A stretch of DNA of 64,000 bases from Puniceicoccaceae bacterium (GTDB lineage Bacteria; Verrucomicrobiota; Verrucomicrobiia; Opitutales; Oceanipulchritudinaceae): contig JBFOMH010000032.1 of the NCBI GenBank assembly GCA_040830765.1, positions 1-64,000 on the forward strand, given 5' to 3'. This document shows positions 23,388 through 32,704 of the stretch, piece by piece. Below the pieces are notes generated by a model. That model worked only from the letters and a program-made list of their open reading frames with translations. It had not been told where the DNA came from and made no database searches. Positions within the stretch are counted from its first letter, which is position 1, and each line of letters starts with the position of its first letter. Both the position numbers and the translations under genes were made by a program.

Positions 23388-24638
23388 TTAATTCTGGCTC
23401 CCTCCAAATTTTTCCATAGCCTTGCGCAGTTCAGGTTTTTCGGTTGCCGCCTCTTCCAGGGGAATACCGGCAATGGCACATTCCCAGGCCTGGCGAATGG
23501 CCGTCACGCCTCCAGCCGGACCGTCCGGGTGGGCCATGATTCCCCCTCCAGCAAGGTAAAGGAGGTCTGTGGTCTGAGTCAGCTTGTAGGTTTCCGGGGC
23601 CTGGCCGCCCCATTGACCCGAGGAAATGACTGGCATGACCGGTCTCAGGTTATGCCAGTCCTTACGGCACTCAGTGATGGATGCGACCACGGACTCGTCG
23701 GGTTCCCAGAACTTGTTCGCGATACCATTGACATGCAGTTGGTCGATTCCGGCCAGGCGCCAGAACTTCTGGTAGGCGGCAAAACCCATGCCTGTTGCCG
23801 GTTGACGGTTGAGCATACCCCAGCCATTCCGGTGACCGTGGAGAACGAAACGGCCCTCGTCGGCTATTGCCTTGACGGCGGCAAAGCCGAGGGGATTCAC
23901 GCTGAGCATGGCGCAGGTCCCGCCAAGGGATTCCAGATGGTCACAGTTACGCCGCATGACATCCAGTTCATCCGTGATGTTGGCGGCGTAGATAACCTTC
24001 TTGCCCGTTTCATCGAAGTGCCGCCGGATTTCCCCGAGGATGGCTCGTGTCCGTTCCTTGAAAGGCGAGTGGGGAGGATTGCCCATGAGTTCGTCGTCCT
24101 TTATGAAATCAATCCCCGCCGGCAACAACTGCCGTACCAAGGCAGCAGTGGCTTCTGGTGAAAGGCCCACACTGGGCTTGATGATGGTGCCGACGAGTGG
24201 GCCTTCCTGGCGTCCTGCTGCGGCAAGTGTTCCCGCAATTCCGTGGGAAGGACCCTTGAACCGGGCGCTTACCTCTGCTGGCAAATCAAAATCCAGCAAC
24301 CGGATACCGGAGAGTTGTGCCAGCTCATAAAGGTTCCCCTGCAGGGTGGAGAGGAGGACAGGAATATTGTCACCCACATTTTCCGCGGGCCAGGAAATGC
24401 GCACATGGGCCCGGTTGTAAGTCCCTGCTGCGGGCCGGGAACCGGGCAGGGAAGGTTCATTGACCGAATCAAGGACCTCCACTTCCTCCACCCGGGCGGC
24501 GAACTTCTCTTTCAGGGAAGTCGTCTCACCCGGCACCTCGACGAAGGTCCCGCTCGATTGCTCGCCGGCAATCGATTCAGCGGCCTTCTTCGGCTCCAGT
24601 GGGGTCTCAATCCAGTAAGTGGCTGATATGCGGTTCAT
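23388..24638 (-). CDS. RuBisCO-like protein (form IV), OiaT/OiaX-like
   Basis: AGEQSSGTF, GTIIKPSVGL, GIDFIKDDE (carbamyl-Lys motif), HGHRNGWG, SSGQW, GGGIMAHP. Start MNRISATY at 24638. Confidence 0.9.
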   Translation of the reverse strand: MNRISATYWIETPLEPKKAAESIAGEQSSGTFVEVPGETTSLKEKFAARVEEVEVLDSVNEPSLPGSRPAAGTYNRAHVRISWPAENVGDNIPVLLSTLQGNLYELAQLSGIRLLDFDLPAEVSARFKGPSHGIAGTLAAAGRQEGPLVGTIIKPSVGLSPEATAALVRQLLPAGIDFIKDDELMGNPPHSPFKERTRAILGEIRRHFDETGKKVIYAANITDELDVMRRNCDHLESLGGTCAMLSVNPLGFAAVKAIADEGRFVLHGHRNGWGMLNRQPATGMGFAAYQKFWRLAGIDQLHVNGIANKFWEPDESVVASITECRKDWHNLRPVMPVISSGQWGGQAPETYKLTQTTDLLYLAGGGIMAHPDGPAGGVTAIRQAWECAIAGIPLEEAATEKPELRKAMEKFGGSQN

Positions 24639-27402
24639 GGTTCTTGTCCGGATGGTCGGGTTCGCAGGGAATGCGGAAAGTGTAATGCCCGGATGGCAAA
24701 TGGACTGTGAGGCCTCCATCCGCTTGCTCAGTTACCTTACCTTCAGCGTCATCCTTGAGCGGCTGCCCCGACTCGGTTATGAGCTCTGCTGTTCCCCAAG
24801 GGAAACAAACGTCCGCCGAGCTGTTGGCCGGGATCTCAACGGACCACTCGAGCAGGGTGTCCTCTACATACCTCCAGTGACTACGGATGCGTCCATAGGG
24901 AGAGGTGTATTCTCCCTCGGCCCATTGCAGGGAGGGATGAGGATGCGGTTTTAAAATAAAGGTCTGGAAACCGGGTTCGTTCGGTTTGTAGTTAATACCC
25001 GCTACATGGCTGTAGAGCCATTCCCCGATGGAGCCGAGTGAGTAATGGTTGAAGGAATTCATGTGGGCATCGAGGAAGCCATCCTCCTCAGTCCAGGCAT
25101 TCCAGCGCTCCCAGATGGTAGTGGCCCCGTGCCGGACAGGATAGAGCCACGACGGATAGTCATCCTTTAGCAGCAGCTCGTAGGCAAGGTCGGCATGGCC
25201 ATAGTCGGTTAGGATCGGGTTGAGGAAACGGATTCCGATGAATCCCGTACTGAGGTGCTTATCGAGCGAACGGATATTGTCGACAAGGTGGCCAACGGCC
25301 TTCGCCCGGAGTTCCGCCGGGAGGAGGTCCATGGCCAAGGCAAGCAGGTAAGCGGTCTGGGTATCGACCTCAAGCGATCCATCCGGCCGAACGTAGGCTT
25401 CCTGGAAGGCATCCCGGACGCGGGTAAAGGTCTGCTCGAAGCGTACGGCTTCCTCTTCCCGTCCGAGTTCCCTGGCCATTTCCGCCATCTTGCTGGCATC
25501 ATCGGCCCAAAAGGCCGTAGCGAGCAGATTCTTCAGCGGCGAATGGGTCCGGAACGTTGTATCCGATGGTATGCTGAGCCAGTCCCCGTAGTTGTTGGCT
25601 AGTTCGTTGATCCGCAGGCCGTCCGGGTTGGTCCGTTCAATGTAATCGAGCCAGGCGGTCATGGCATTCCAGTGGCGCTCGATGATGCGGCGGTCACCAT
25701 AGACCTTCCAGATGGTCCACGGGATGATAACCCCGGCATCCGCCCAACCGGGACTTCCGCCAAGGCCATCGAGGCCAATGAAATTGCCATCCTCCGGAAG
25801 GCGGGGAGCGGTGTCGGGAAAGATGCCATTCTCCGTCTGGGCATCCTCAACATCGACCATCCATTTGGTAAAGAACGCGGCCACATCCATGTTGAAGGCA
25901 GCTGTGCGGATAAAGACTTGGGCATCTCCCATCCATCCAAGGCGTTCGTCGCGCTGGGGACAATCGGTCGGGACACTGAGGAAATTATCGATCTGCGACC
26001 ACAGGCCGTTGAGCCAGAGTCTGTTGACCCCCTCATGTGAGCAGGAAAAGCTGCCGCTTTGCGGCGTGGCCGACTGGACCACGCAGGCAGTCAGGTCGCC
26101 GCTCGAGGGTGCCTTGGAGAGACCGGAAATTTCGAAATACTGGAACCCGTGAAAAGTAAAGGACGGTTCCCAGGTTGCAGGACCCTGCCCATCACAGATG
26201 TACGTATCGGTCGCCCTGGCCCGGCGAAGATTTTCCGTGAAGAGGCTACCGTCGGCCTTGAGGCGTTCCCCGTGGCGGAGGACGATTGACTTACCAGCCG
26301 GCTCATCGACCCGTATCCGCATCCAGCCGGCGATGTTTTGACCGAGGTCACAGAGCCAGGTATCTTCACCGGTTTGGCGGATGGAAACGGGCTCCAGTTC
26401 CTTGATCACCCGCACTGGCTGCGATTGCTGGGCGACCAGAGGCACATCTGGTTGGTCGACTTCCAGAACCGGCAGCCAGTCCTGTTCATCGAACTGTGGC
26501 TGGTCCCACCCCTCCACCTGGCGGCGGTTGTCGCAGGTCTCGCCCATCATGAAGTCAGAGAAGAGGATGGGGCCGGTGTTACAGCGCCAGGATGAGTCGG
26601 TGCTAACGGTCGTAACCGTGCCATCATCCATTTCCAGCTCCAGCTGGCAGATAAAGCTGTTGGTGAGTCCATACTGGCCCCGCGTTTCCTGCCAGCCGAC
26701 ATAACCGCTGAACCAACCATCACCAAGAATGGCTGCGAGCACATTCTCTCCTTCCTGCAGCAGGGAGGTAACGTCGAATGTCCGGTAATGGATCCGTTTG
26801 CGGTAATCGGTCCACTCGGGCAGGAAGCGGTCCTCTGTTACTTCCGTCCTATTGATCCGGAGTCGCAGCAAGCCGCGGCCACTCGCATAGAGGATTGCCC
26901 GCTTCGGTCTGGCTGATGCAGTGATATTTTTCCGGAAGTAACCCGGGCTGGAACAGGTTGTCCAGTCGGATGGACTTGCCTCCTTGTCCCGGGCAATTGC
27001 CTCCGGATTCAATCCGATCCAATCCGTATTCCAGTCAGATGTCTCCAGCAGGCCGATGCTAAAGAAGGCGGGCCCGGAAGCGACTTCCAACCCAGTCTCG
27101 TCCCTGACGACAACCCTCCAATAAACGTTGGCTCGCGAGGTCAGCGCCTTTCCCTCGCAGGCAATCTGGGTGCTCTGGCTACCTTCGATCCAGCCGCTGT
27201 CCCAGATGTCAGTTTCCCCGGATTCAAGTAACCCTGCCTCGCTGGCGGCGAGGATACGATAGGCTACCTGTCGCTTGCCCCGCTGGTCGGACTGCATCCG
27301 CCATGCCAGGCGCGGTTGGACCGTGTCAATGCCCAACGGGTTGACAAGATATTCGCAGGTCAGATCCGAGAGGGTAAAGGATTGCTGGGAGTCGGTAGCC
27401 AT
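24607..27402 (-). CDS. GH78 alpha-L-rhamnosidase, no signal peptide
   Basis: LTCEYLVNPLG, DLGQN, FTFHGFQY, PTDCPQRDERLGWMGD, GATTIWERW, MNSFNHY. Confidence 0.93.
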   Translation of the reverse strand: MATDSQQSFTLSDLTCEYLVNPLGIDTVQPRLAWRMQSDQRGKRQVAYRILAASEAGLLESGETDIWDSGWIEGSQSTQIACEGKALTSRANVYWRVVVRDETGLEVASGPAFFSIGLLETSDWNTDWIGLNPEAIARDKEASPSDWTTCSSPGYFRKNITASARPKRAILYASGRGLLRLRINRTEVTEDRFLPEWTDYRKRIHYRTFDVTSLLQEGENVLAAILGDGWFSGYVGWQETRGQYGLTNSFICQLELEMDDGTVTTVSTDSSWRCNTGPILFSDFMMGETCDNRRQVEGWDQPQFDEQDWLPVLEVDQPDVPLVAQQSQPVRVIKELEPVSIRQTGEDTWLCDLGQNIAGWMRIRVDEPAGKSIVLRHGERLKADGSLFTENLRRARATDTYICDGQGPATWEPSFTFHGFQYFEISGLSKAPSSGDLTACVVQSATPQSGSFSCSHEGVNRLWLNGLWSQIDNFLSVPTDCPQRDERLGWMGDAQVFIRTAAFNMDVAAFFTKWMVDVEDAQTENGIFPDTAPRLPEDGNFIGLDGLGGSPGWADAGVIIPWTIWKVYGDRRIIERHWNAMTAWLDYIERTNPDGLRINELANNYGDWLSIPSDTTFRTHSPLKNLLATAFWADDASKMAEMARELGREEEAVRFEQTFTRVRDAFQEAYVRPDGSLEVDTQTAYLLALAMDLLPAELRAKAVGHLVDNIRSLDKHLSTGFIGIRFLNPILTDYGHADLAYELLLKDDYPSWLYPVRHGATTIWERWNAWTEEDGFLDAHMNSFNHYSLGSIGEWLYSHVAGINYKPNEPGFQTFILKPHPHPSLQWAEGEYTSPYGRIRSHWRYVEDTLLEWSVEIPANSSADVCFPWGTAELITESGQPLKDDAEGKVTEQADGGLTVHLPSGHYTFRIPCEPDHPDKNHEPHISHLLD

Positions 27403-27423
27403 GGGTCCGGAAGCGGGGACTTC

Positions 27424-27606
27424 CTAATTGTCGTCAAGACTGGTACTGTGCATCCAGAAAGGAGCGGAGGAAAACCAGGCAACCATGCCAATCAGCATCA
27501 GGGTATACTGGAGGGAGTTGTCGATAACGCCGATGAGGACAAGCGCCCCGGGAATCAAGGTCAGGGCAAGACCGGTAAATGAGATAAGTTTCAATATGTT
27601 ATTCAT
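27424..27606 (-). CDS. Small two-helix membrane protein
   Basis: 60 aa with two hydrophobic segments; fills the gap between the permease and GH78 on the same strand. Confidence 0.65.
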   Translation of the reverse strand: MNNILKLISFTGLALTLIPGALVLIGVIDNSLQYTLMLIGMVAWFSSAPFWMHSTSLDDN

Positions 27607-27620
27607 GGGAATGTAATTTA

Positions 27621-29081
27621 TTAGGAGTTAGTCGATGCAGGATGACGACGCTGTTGCAGCCAGGAGAAGAAGAGATACAGGGAGACGGCGAGGATCCATT
27701 CCGGGCCAACCATGAACAGCAGGTCTACCTTGATGGCAGCCAGCCAGTCCGGTTGCCAGGGAGCGACCAGCTTGTTCATCCAAGCGTAGTGGTCCTTGGC
27801 GTACATGAAGAATGAAAATCCGAACGAGATGATCCAGGCCAGCAGGGCAGGCCAGCTTAACAGCTTGCCTGTTTTCTCGATGTAGTTACTGACCATGCCA
27901 AGGCGGGGAAGGATCCAGACATCAATGAAGATACAGGCTCCCAGAGGCATGAAGAAAAGGCCGTAGAAGCCTACGATCCGGTCGAGGTTCCGGTTGACGT
28001 CGGGAATGCAGGCCGTGATGACCATGAAGGCCCCGGCGGCAAAGGTTACCTTCCAGCGCTGCCAGTTGGGTGTCGCCACCTGAATGGCGAGGCCGGCCCG
28101 GTAGAGGGTCGGATTGGCGGTTGTCCACCCGGCAATGACAACACAGACCGCACCGGCGACGCCCGCCCCAAGCAGGGCGATTTCACCGGGGGTTGTATTC
28201 CCCATGGCGGCGGCGCAGAGGATGGCGGAAGCGATCCAGGCAAGAAAGTGTCCGATGTACATGCCGAAGGCGGAAGCAAAGCCACTGGTCCACTTTCTGG
28301 CGTAGCGGAAAATGGTGACATCCGACATTCCGATGTGCTGGGTGGCATTGCAAAGCCAGGCAAAACCCATCACATGCCAGAAGGTGTACTTGGAGAATCC
28401 GGGTAACGGTTCCCCGGTAAAGATCCGTTCCTTGAAGGCCGGCCAGATTTCCCCGAACGAATGGACGTCCAGCATCGGGAGGACAGCCATGCCGGCGGAG
28501 AGAAAGACCAGTGCCATCCAGGGGGCGCAAATCTTGGAGAACTGGGCCAGTTTCTCGAAACCGAGGACGGCCAGGATGGCGATGACGGAACCGACCACCA
28601 GCGCCAGCAGCATCCATGGCACGCTGGGGAACATGTCCTGCGGCCCCGGATTCTGGATGCCGGGAAAGACCAGGGAAACGGCGGTTACCGAGACGTTGAC
28701 CATGGCACCAGCCAGCAGGCAGAGGACGATGGCATAAAAGACGCTATAGGCGACGGTAATGTAGGGACCACACATCTTGCGCAGCTGCCAGTAGATGGTG
28801 AGGCGGGTCCTGACCGCAACCGGGGCACAGAGGAGCGCCCAACTGAGGACGGCAAGAAGGTTGCCGACAAGCAAGCCTCCGAGGAAGTCGGTCGCCGTTA
28901 CCCCGTGGGCCAGCATGAGCGGACCGAGGACAAATTCCGTTCCGGCAACGTGCTCGCCGGCGAACATGGCGATAAAGGTCTTGTGTCCATGTAGCTTTTT
29001 TCCGGCAACAGGTTCCCGGTCGTATTCGTAGAGGGCGTCCAGGCGCTCTACGATTGTGTGTTGGGATTCATCATGACTCAT
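27621..29081 (-). CDS. NCS1 (purine-cytosine permease) family transporter
   Basis: About 12 TM helices; FAGEHVAGTEF, GWTTANPTLY. Confidence 0.75.
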   Translation of the reverse strand: MSHDESQHTIVERLDALYEYDREPVAGKKLHGHKTFIAMFAGEHVAGTEFVLGPLMLAHGVTATDFLGGLLVGNLLAVLSWALLCAPVAVRTRLTIYWQLRKMCGPYITVAYSVFYAIVLCLLAGAMVNVSVTAVSLVFPGIQNPGPQDMFPSVPWMLLALVVGSVIAILAVLGFEKLAQFSKICAPWMALVFLSAGMAVLPMLDVHSFGEIWPAFKERIFTGEPLPGFSKYTFWHVMGFAWLCNATQHIGMSDVTIFRYARKWTSGFASAFGMYIGHFLAWIASAILCAAAMGNTTPGEIALLGAGVAGAVCVVIAGWTTANPTLYRAGLAIQVATPNWQRWKVTFAAGAFMVITACIPDVNRNLDRIVGFYGLFFMPLGACIFIDVWILPRLGMVSNYIEKTGKLLSWPALLAWIISFGFSFFMYAKDHYAWMNKLVAPWQPDWLAAIKVDLLFMVGPEWILAVSLYLFFSWLQQRRHPASTNS

Positions 29082-29126
29082 AGGGGTGTTTTTTGGTGTT
29101 ATTGTTTATGAGGTACCGGAACGGAT

Positions 29127-31190
29127 TCAGCGGAGTGGTATCCAGACGGTCATGTCGTGGTCGCCGCGGTTTCCCCATGCATAATAGGGTATCCAGCGGG
29201 TATCGATTGATTTCAGCTTCTGCGGGCGCAGTGGGCGGTAAAGTTGATTCTCGTCCCACTGGGAGCGGTCGATGACCGTGGCAGGCAGCTCGATGGAGAG
29301 CATCTCCGCATCCTCGACCTTGACCGGCTTGAGCCCGGCGGAGCCGGTGGAGTCCACCTCGAGGGCGACGTCGAGAATATTGACGCCCTCCGGCAGGTCG
29401 ACGGATTCAAGGCAATAGACCAGGGGACCGTACTTGAGGGCTACCTGGTTGGCTGTTTCCTCGACAAGGGGATTGGCCTCCCAAAGCTCCGGCTGCAGCT
29501 GCAGTTGCAGGCTGATGGAGTCGCCCGGTTGCCACTGGCGTTCAATGGAGTGGTAGGTGCCGGGGAGCAATGCCTCCCCGCAGTCTTCCCCGTTGACGGA
29601 GAGGGAGGCGCCTCCGGTGGCCAGCCATCCGGGAATTCTCAGCTTGATGGTTGCCGGATGGTCCGGGGCTTCCTTGATGGAGAGTTTGATGGAACCGTTC
29701 CAGGGATAGCCCGTTTCCTGAATCAGATGCAAGGGGCTGCCGTCGGGCAGGACAGTATCCAGTTCGCTGGGACCGTAGAGGTTCACCCAGACGGTGTCTT
29801 CCGACAGGCTGTAGACGTAGTTTTGGACCTGTGCCAGCGTCCGGATGACATTGGGAGGGCAGCAGAAACTGCGGGGAATGTTGGGCTCACGCGTGCGCGA
29901 CCAGCGCAGGGGCCAGTCAAAGGCGTCTACCTTCTGAAGGGCGTTGACGTAGAAGTAGTGGGTGCCATCGAGGCTGATTCCCGGCAGAACTCCATTATAA
30001 AGCGAGTTCTCGAACAAGTCGGCATAGCGGGCTTCGCCTGTCAGCATCAGCATGCGCCAGTTCCACATGGCGTAGCCGATGGTGGCGCAGGTCTCGTTGT
30101 AGGCCGTCTTGTTTGGTAGTTGATAATCGATACCATAAGCCTGGTGGGTGGTCTTGATGCCTTCGTGGTCCTTGGTGCCGTACGGGGAGGCACCATCGTA
30201 GAGGGCCCCGGTCATGCCGGTGATATAAAGCTTCTGCCCGGCGACGTCGTCGGCGATTGTCTCCAGCGTCTCGAGAATCGTGTCATCACCGGACTCCGTG
30301 TAGACATCCGCCGCCCCGGCATAGAGATAGTTTGCGCGGACGGCATGGCCGACAGCCTCCTCCATTTCACGGAACGGTACACGGTCCTGGTTGTGGTCGG
30401 AACCGTCATCGACAAGGTCCCGGATCTCGATGAGCTGCTTTGCCAGTTCGAGGTAACGGGGCTCCCGCGTGGTGCGGTACAGCTCAACAACTCCCATGTA
30501 GTGGGACGGGCAAATGGCATTTCTGGCTAATTCCGGGGAGGAGGTCTCGTAGAAATTGTAGAGGTAGTCCGCCGCCTTTCGAGCCAGTTGCAGCATGCTG
30601 GTCTTGCCCGTGGCCCGGTAATGGACGCAGGCCGTCGTCATGAGGTGCCCCATGTTGTAGGTCTCGAAGTGGTAGCGGTCGAGAAACTGGTTGGCCCGGG
30701 TCTGTCCCTGTCGTTCCGGAATGATGTTCTGGGTATGAAGATACCCGTCTTCCCGCTGGGCGAGGCCGACCACATGAATGATCCGGTCCATGAGGCTGTC
30801 GATCTCCGGATCCCGGGTTATGGCATAGACACTGGCCATGCCCTCGAACCACTTGAGAAAGTCACCATCATTAAAGGGAGGGCCATGGAACTTGCCATCC
30901 CGGCCATCATCAAGTCCGGCGGCGAGGAGGAAGTTGGCCCAGGCATGGCTTCCATGCTCGTCCTGGAATATTTCCCACATGTAAGGAATCATGGTGTCCT
31001 GGAGGACCTGAAAGCGGTCACCCCAGAGGCCGCCGGTCCAGTGGGCGTCATCCAGCTCCACCATCCGCATGACAGCCATGGGCGAATGGGTGGTATCGAT
31101 GAGGCAGTTTTGGCCGGCCTGAAGGCCTGTGGAGAGGACCACCGGAAAGGTTAGAAGAAGTGTAACTCGATGCAGAATAGATTTGGTCAT
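29127..31190 (-). CDS. GH127, aceric acid hydrolase (BT1003-like)
   Basis: GHAVRANYLY, YNETCA, FCCPPN (GH127 Zn/Cys site); HFETYNMGH and NAICPSHYMG match my recall of BT1003-type enzymes; signal peptide. Confidence 0.8.
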   Translation of the reverse strand: MTKSILHRVTLLLTFPVVLSTGLQAGQNCLIDTTHSPMAVMRMVELDDAHWTGGLWGDRFQVLQDTMIPYMWEIFQDEHGSHAWANFLLAAGLDDGRDGKFHGPPFNDGDFLKWFEGMASVYAITRDPEIDSLMDRIIHVVGLAQREDGYLHTQNIIPERQGQTRANQFLDRYHFETYNMGHLMTTACVHYRATGKTSMLQLARKAADYLYNFYETSSPELARNAICPSHYMGVVELYRTTREPRYLELAKQLIEIRDLVDDGSDHNQDRVPFREMEEAVGHAVRANYLYAGAADVYTESGDDTILETLETIADDVAGQKLYITGMTGALYDGASPYGTKDHEGIKTTHQAYGIDYQLPNKTAYNETCATIGYAMWNWRMLMLTGEARYADLFENSLYNGVLPGISLDGTHYFYVNALQKVDAFDWPLRWSRTREPNIPRSFCCPPNVIRTLAQVQNYVYSLSEDTVWVNLYGPSELDTVLPDGSPLHLIQETGYPWNGSIKLSIKEAPDHPATIKLRIPGWLATGGASLSVNGEDCGEALLPGTYHSIERQWQPGDSISLQLQLQPELWEANPLVEETANQVALKYGPLVYCLESVDLPEGVNILDVALEVDSTGSAGLKPVKVEDAEMLSIELPATVIDRSQWDENQLYRPLRPQKLKSIDTRWIPYYAWGNRGDHDMTVWIPLR

Positions 31191-31206
31191 GGATCAGAGA
31201 GGGAGG

Positions 31207-32685
31207 TTAATGGAGAAGGGCTTGGCGGATGGCCGAAGACCATCCTGCGTAAAGTTTCTGTTTTTGTTGGTCGTCCATCGCCGGGGAATAAACCGGCTCA
31301 TTACCGGCAGGTTCGGGCAGTGATTCCAAGTCGGCTATGGTGCCGGTCCCGATCATTCCCATGAGGGCGGAACCGAGTGGTGAACCGTCGGCGACACTGC
31401 TCACGCGGACCGGAATCTGTGTCATGTCGGCTATGAACTGCATGAGGAACCGGTTTGCAGTGGGGCCTCCATCGGCATGGACCGCTTTGAGTTCGAGGGA
31501 GGAGCTGGCTGCCATGGCATCGAGGGCATCCTTCAACTGGTAGGCAATGGCCTCAAGGGCTGCGCGGACAACATGCCGGCGGTCGCTATGGCTGCTCAAT
31601 CCGGTAATCAAGGCGCGTGCATTGGGGTCCCAGTGCGGCAAGCCGAGCCCGGTAAAGGCCGGTACGAGGTAGACACCCCCGTTGTCATCGATCTCGGTGG
31701 CCAATGATTCGGACTCGGCGGCATCAGCAAGGATGCCCAGTTGTGATTTCAGCCACGCCAGAGTGGAGGCGGAGCTGACAATGATCCCCTCCAGGGCATA
31801 GGTGGCCTTGTTCGAGCGGACCCAACCAAGGGTGGTCAGGACACCATTGTCCGAGAGGGAGGCCGCCTCACCAATGTTCATGAGAATCGATGAGCCGGTG
31901 CCGAGGGTTACCTTGGTCATTCCCGGGCTGAAGCAGCGCTGGGCGAATAGGGAAGCATGGGAGTCTCCCATAACGCCGCAAATGGGTGTTCCGTTCAGGG
32001 GTTCACAGTCCGCCACTTCGCCGAACGTGGCATCGCAATCCCTGATTTCCGCAAGGGCTTTACGGGGAACTCCCCAGAGATCGCAAAGGTGGTCATCCCA
32101 ATCCCGCTCCGTGATGTTGTAGAGAAGGGTGCGGCAGGCGTTAGTGTGGTCCGTCGCGAAGACCCTGCCCCGGGTGAGGCGATAGATGAGATACGTGTCG
32201 ATCGTCCCGACGAGGGCCCGGCCCTCCTCGAGTTGTTGAGTCAGTCCGGGGTTGGCCTCAATCAACACCTGTAACTTGCTGGCGGAAAAGTAGGGATCGA
32301 GCGTCAATCCTGTCCGTTGGTGGACATCGGGCTCCGCGCCACTTTCCTTGAGCTTCTGGCAGGCATCTGTTCCCCGGCGGCATTGCCAGACGATGGCAGG
32401 GTAGAGCGGTTCTCCGGTTTCGCGGGAGAAGACAACGACCGTTTCGCGCTGATTGGAAATGCTGAGACAGCGCACGCCGGACGGGTCGTTGCACTGGGCC
32501 GCTGCTTCTTCCAGGACGGCCAGGGTGTTGGCGTAGATTTCCCCGGCATCCTGCTCAACGTATCCAGGTTGTGGATACGATTGCCCGTGTTCCTTGGATG
32601 CCCGGGCCAGGACGCTGGCATTCCCGTCTAGGAGAATGGCCTTGGTGGCGGAAGTACTTTGGTCAATGGAGAGGAAACAGGGCAT
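31207..32685 (-). CDS. aplK: FGGY kinase, probable apulose kinase
   Basis: IDQSTSATK, SNQRET, IVWQCRR, GDSHA, PAFTGLG, DGG; follows a split transketolase and an isomerase. Confidence 0.7.
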   Translation of the reverse strand: MPCFLSIDQSTSATKAILLDGNASVLARASKEHGQSYPQPGYVEQDAGEIYANTLAVLEEAAAQCNDPSGVRCLSISNQRETVVVFSRETGEPLYPAIVWQCRRGTDACQKLKESGAEPDVHQRTGLTLDPYFSASKLQVLIEANPGLTQQLEEGRALVGTIDTYLIYRLTRGRVFATDHTNACRTLLYNITERDWDDHLCDLWGVPRKALAEIRDCDATFGEVADCEPLNGTPICGVMGDSHASLFAQRCFSPGMTKVTLGTGSSILMNIGEAASLSDNGVLTTLGWVRSNKATYALEGIIVSSASTLAWLKSQLGILADAAESESLATEIDDNGGVYLVPAFTGLGLPHWDPNARALITGLSSHSDRRHVVRAALEAIAYQLKDALDAMAASSSLELKAVHADGGPTANRFLMQFIADMTQIPVRVSSVADGSPLGSALMGMIGTGTIADLESLPEPAGNEPVYSPAMDDQQKQKLYAGWSSAIRQALLH

Positions 32686-32704
32686 GGGGTATGTCAGGAT
32701 GGAC

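Noticed and set aside
23388..24638. True RuBisCO and CO2 fixation
   Set aside because: KPS rather than KPK, no small subunit or phosphoribulokinase, and a sugar-catabolic context. It is a form IV RLP.
24607..24638. Frameshift suggested by 32-35 nt gene overlaps (also 42142-42173 and 46115-46149)
   Set aside because: All partners look full length with intact motifs. Overlaps fit translational coupling.
29244..30119. Long antisense and alternative-frame ORFs (also 18998-19966, 42184-43200, 53313-54308 and others)
   Set aside because: Shadows of GC-rich genes with clear family motifs; no recognisable protein features.
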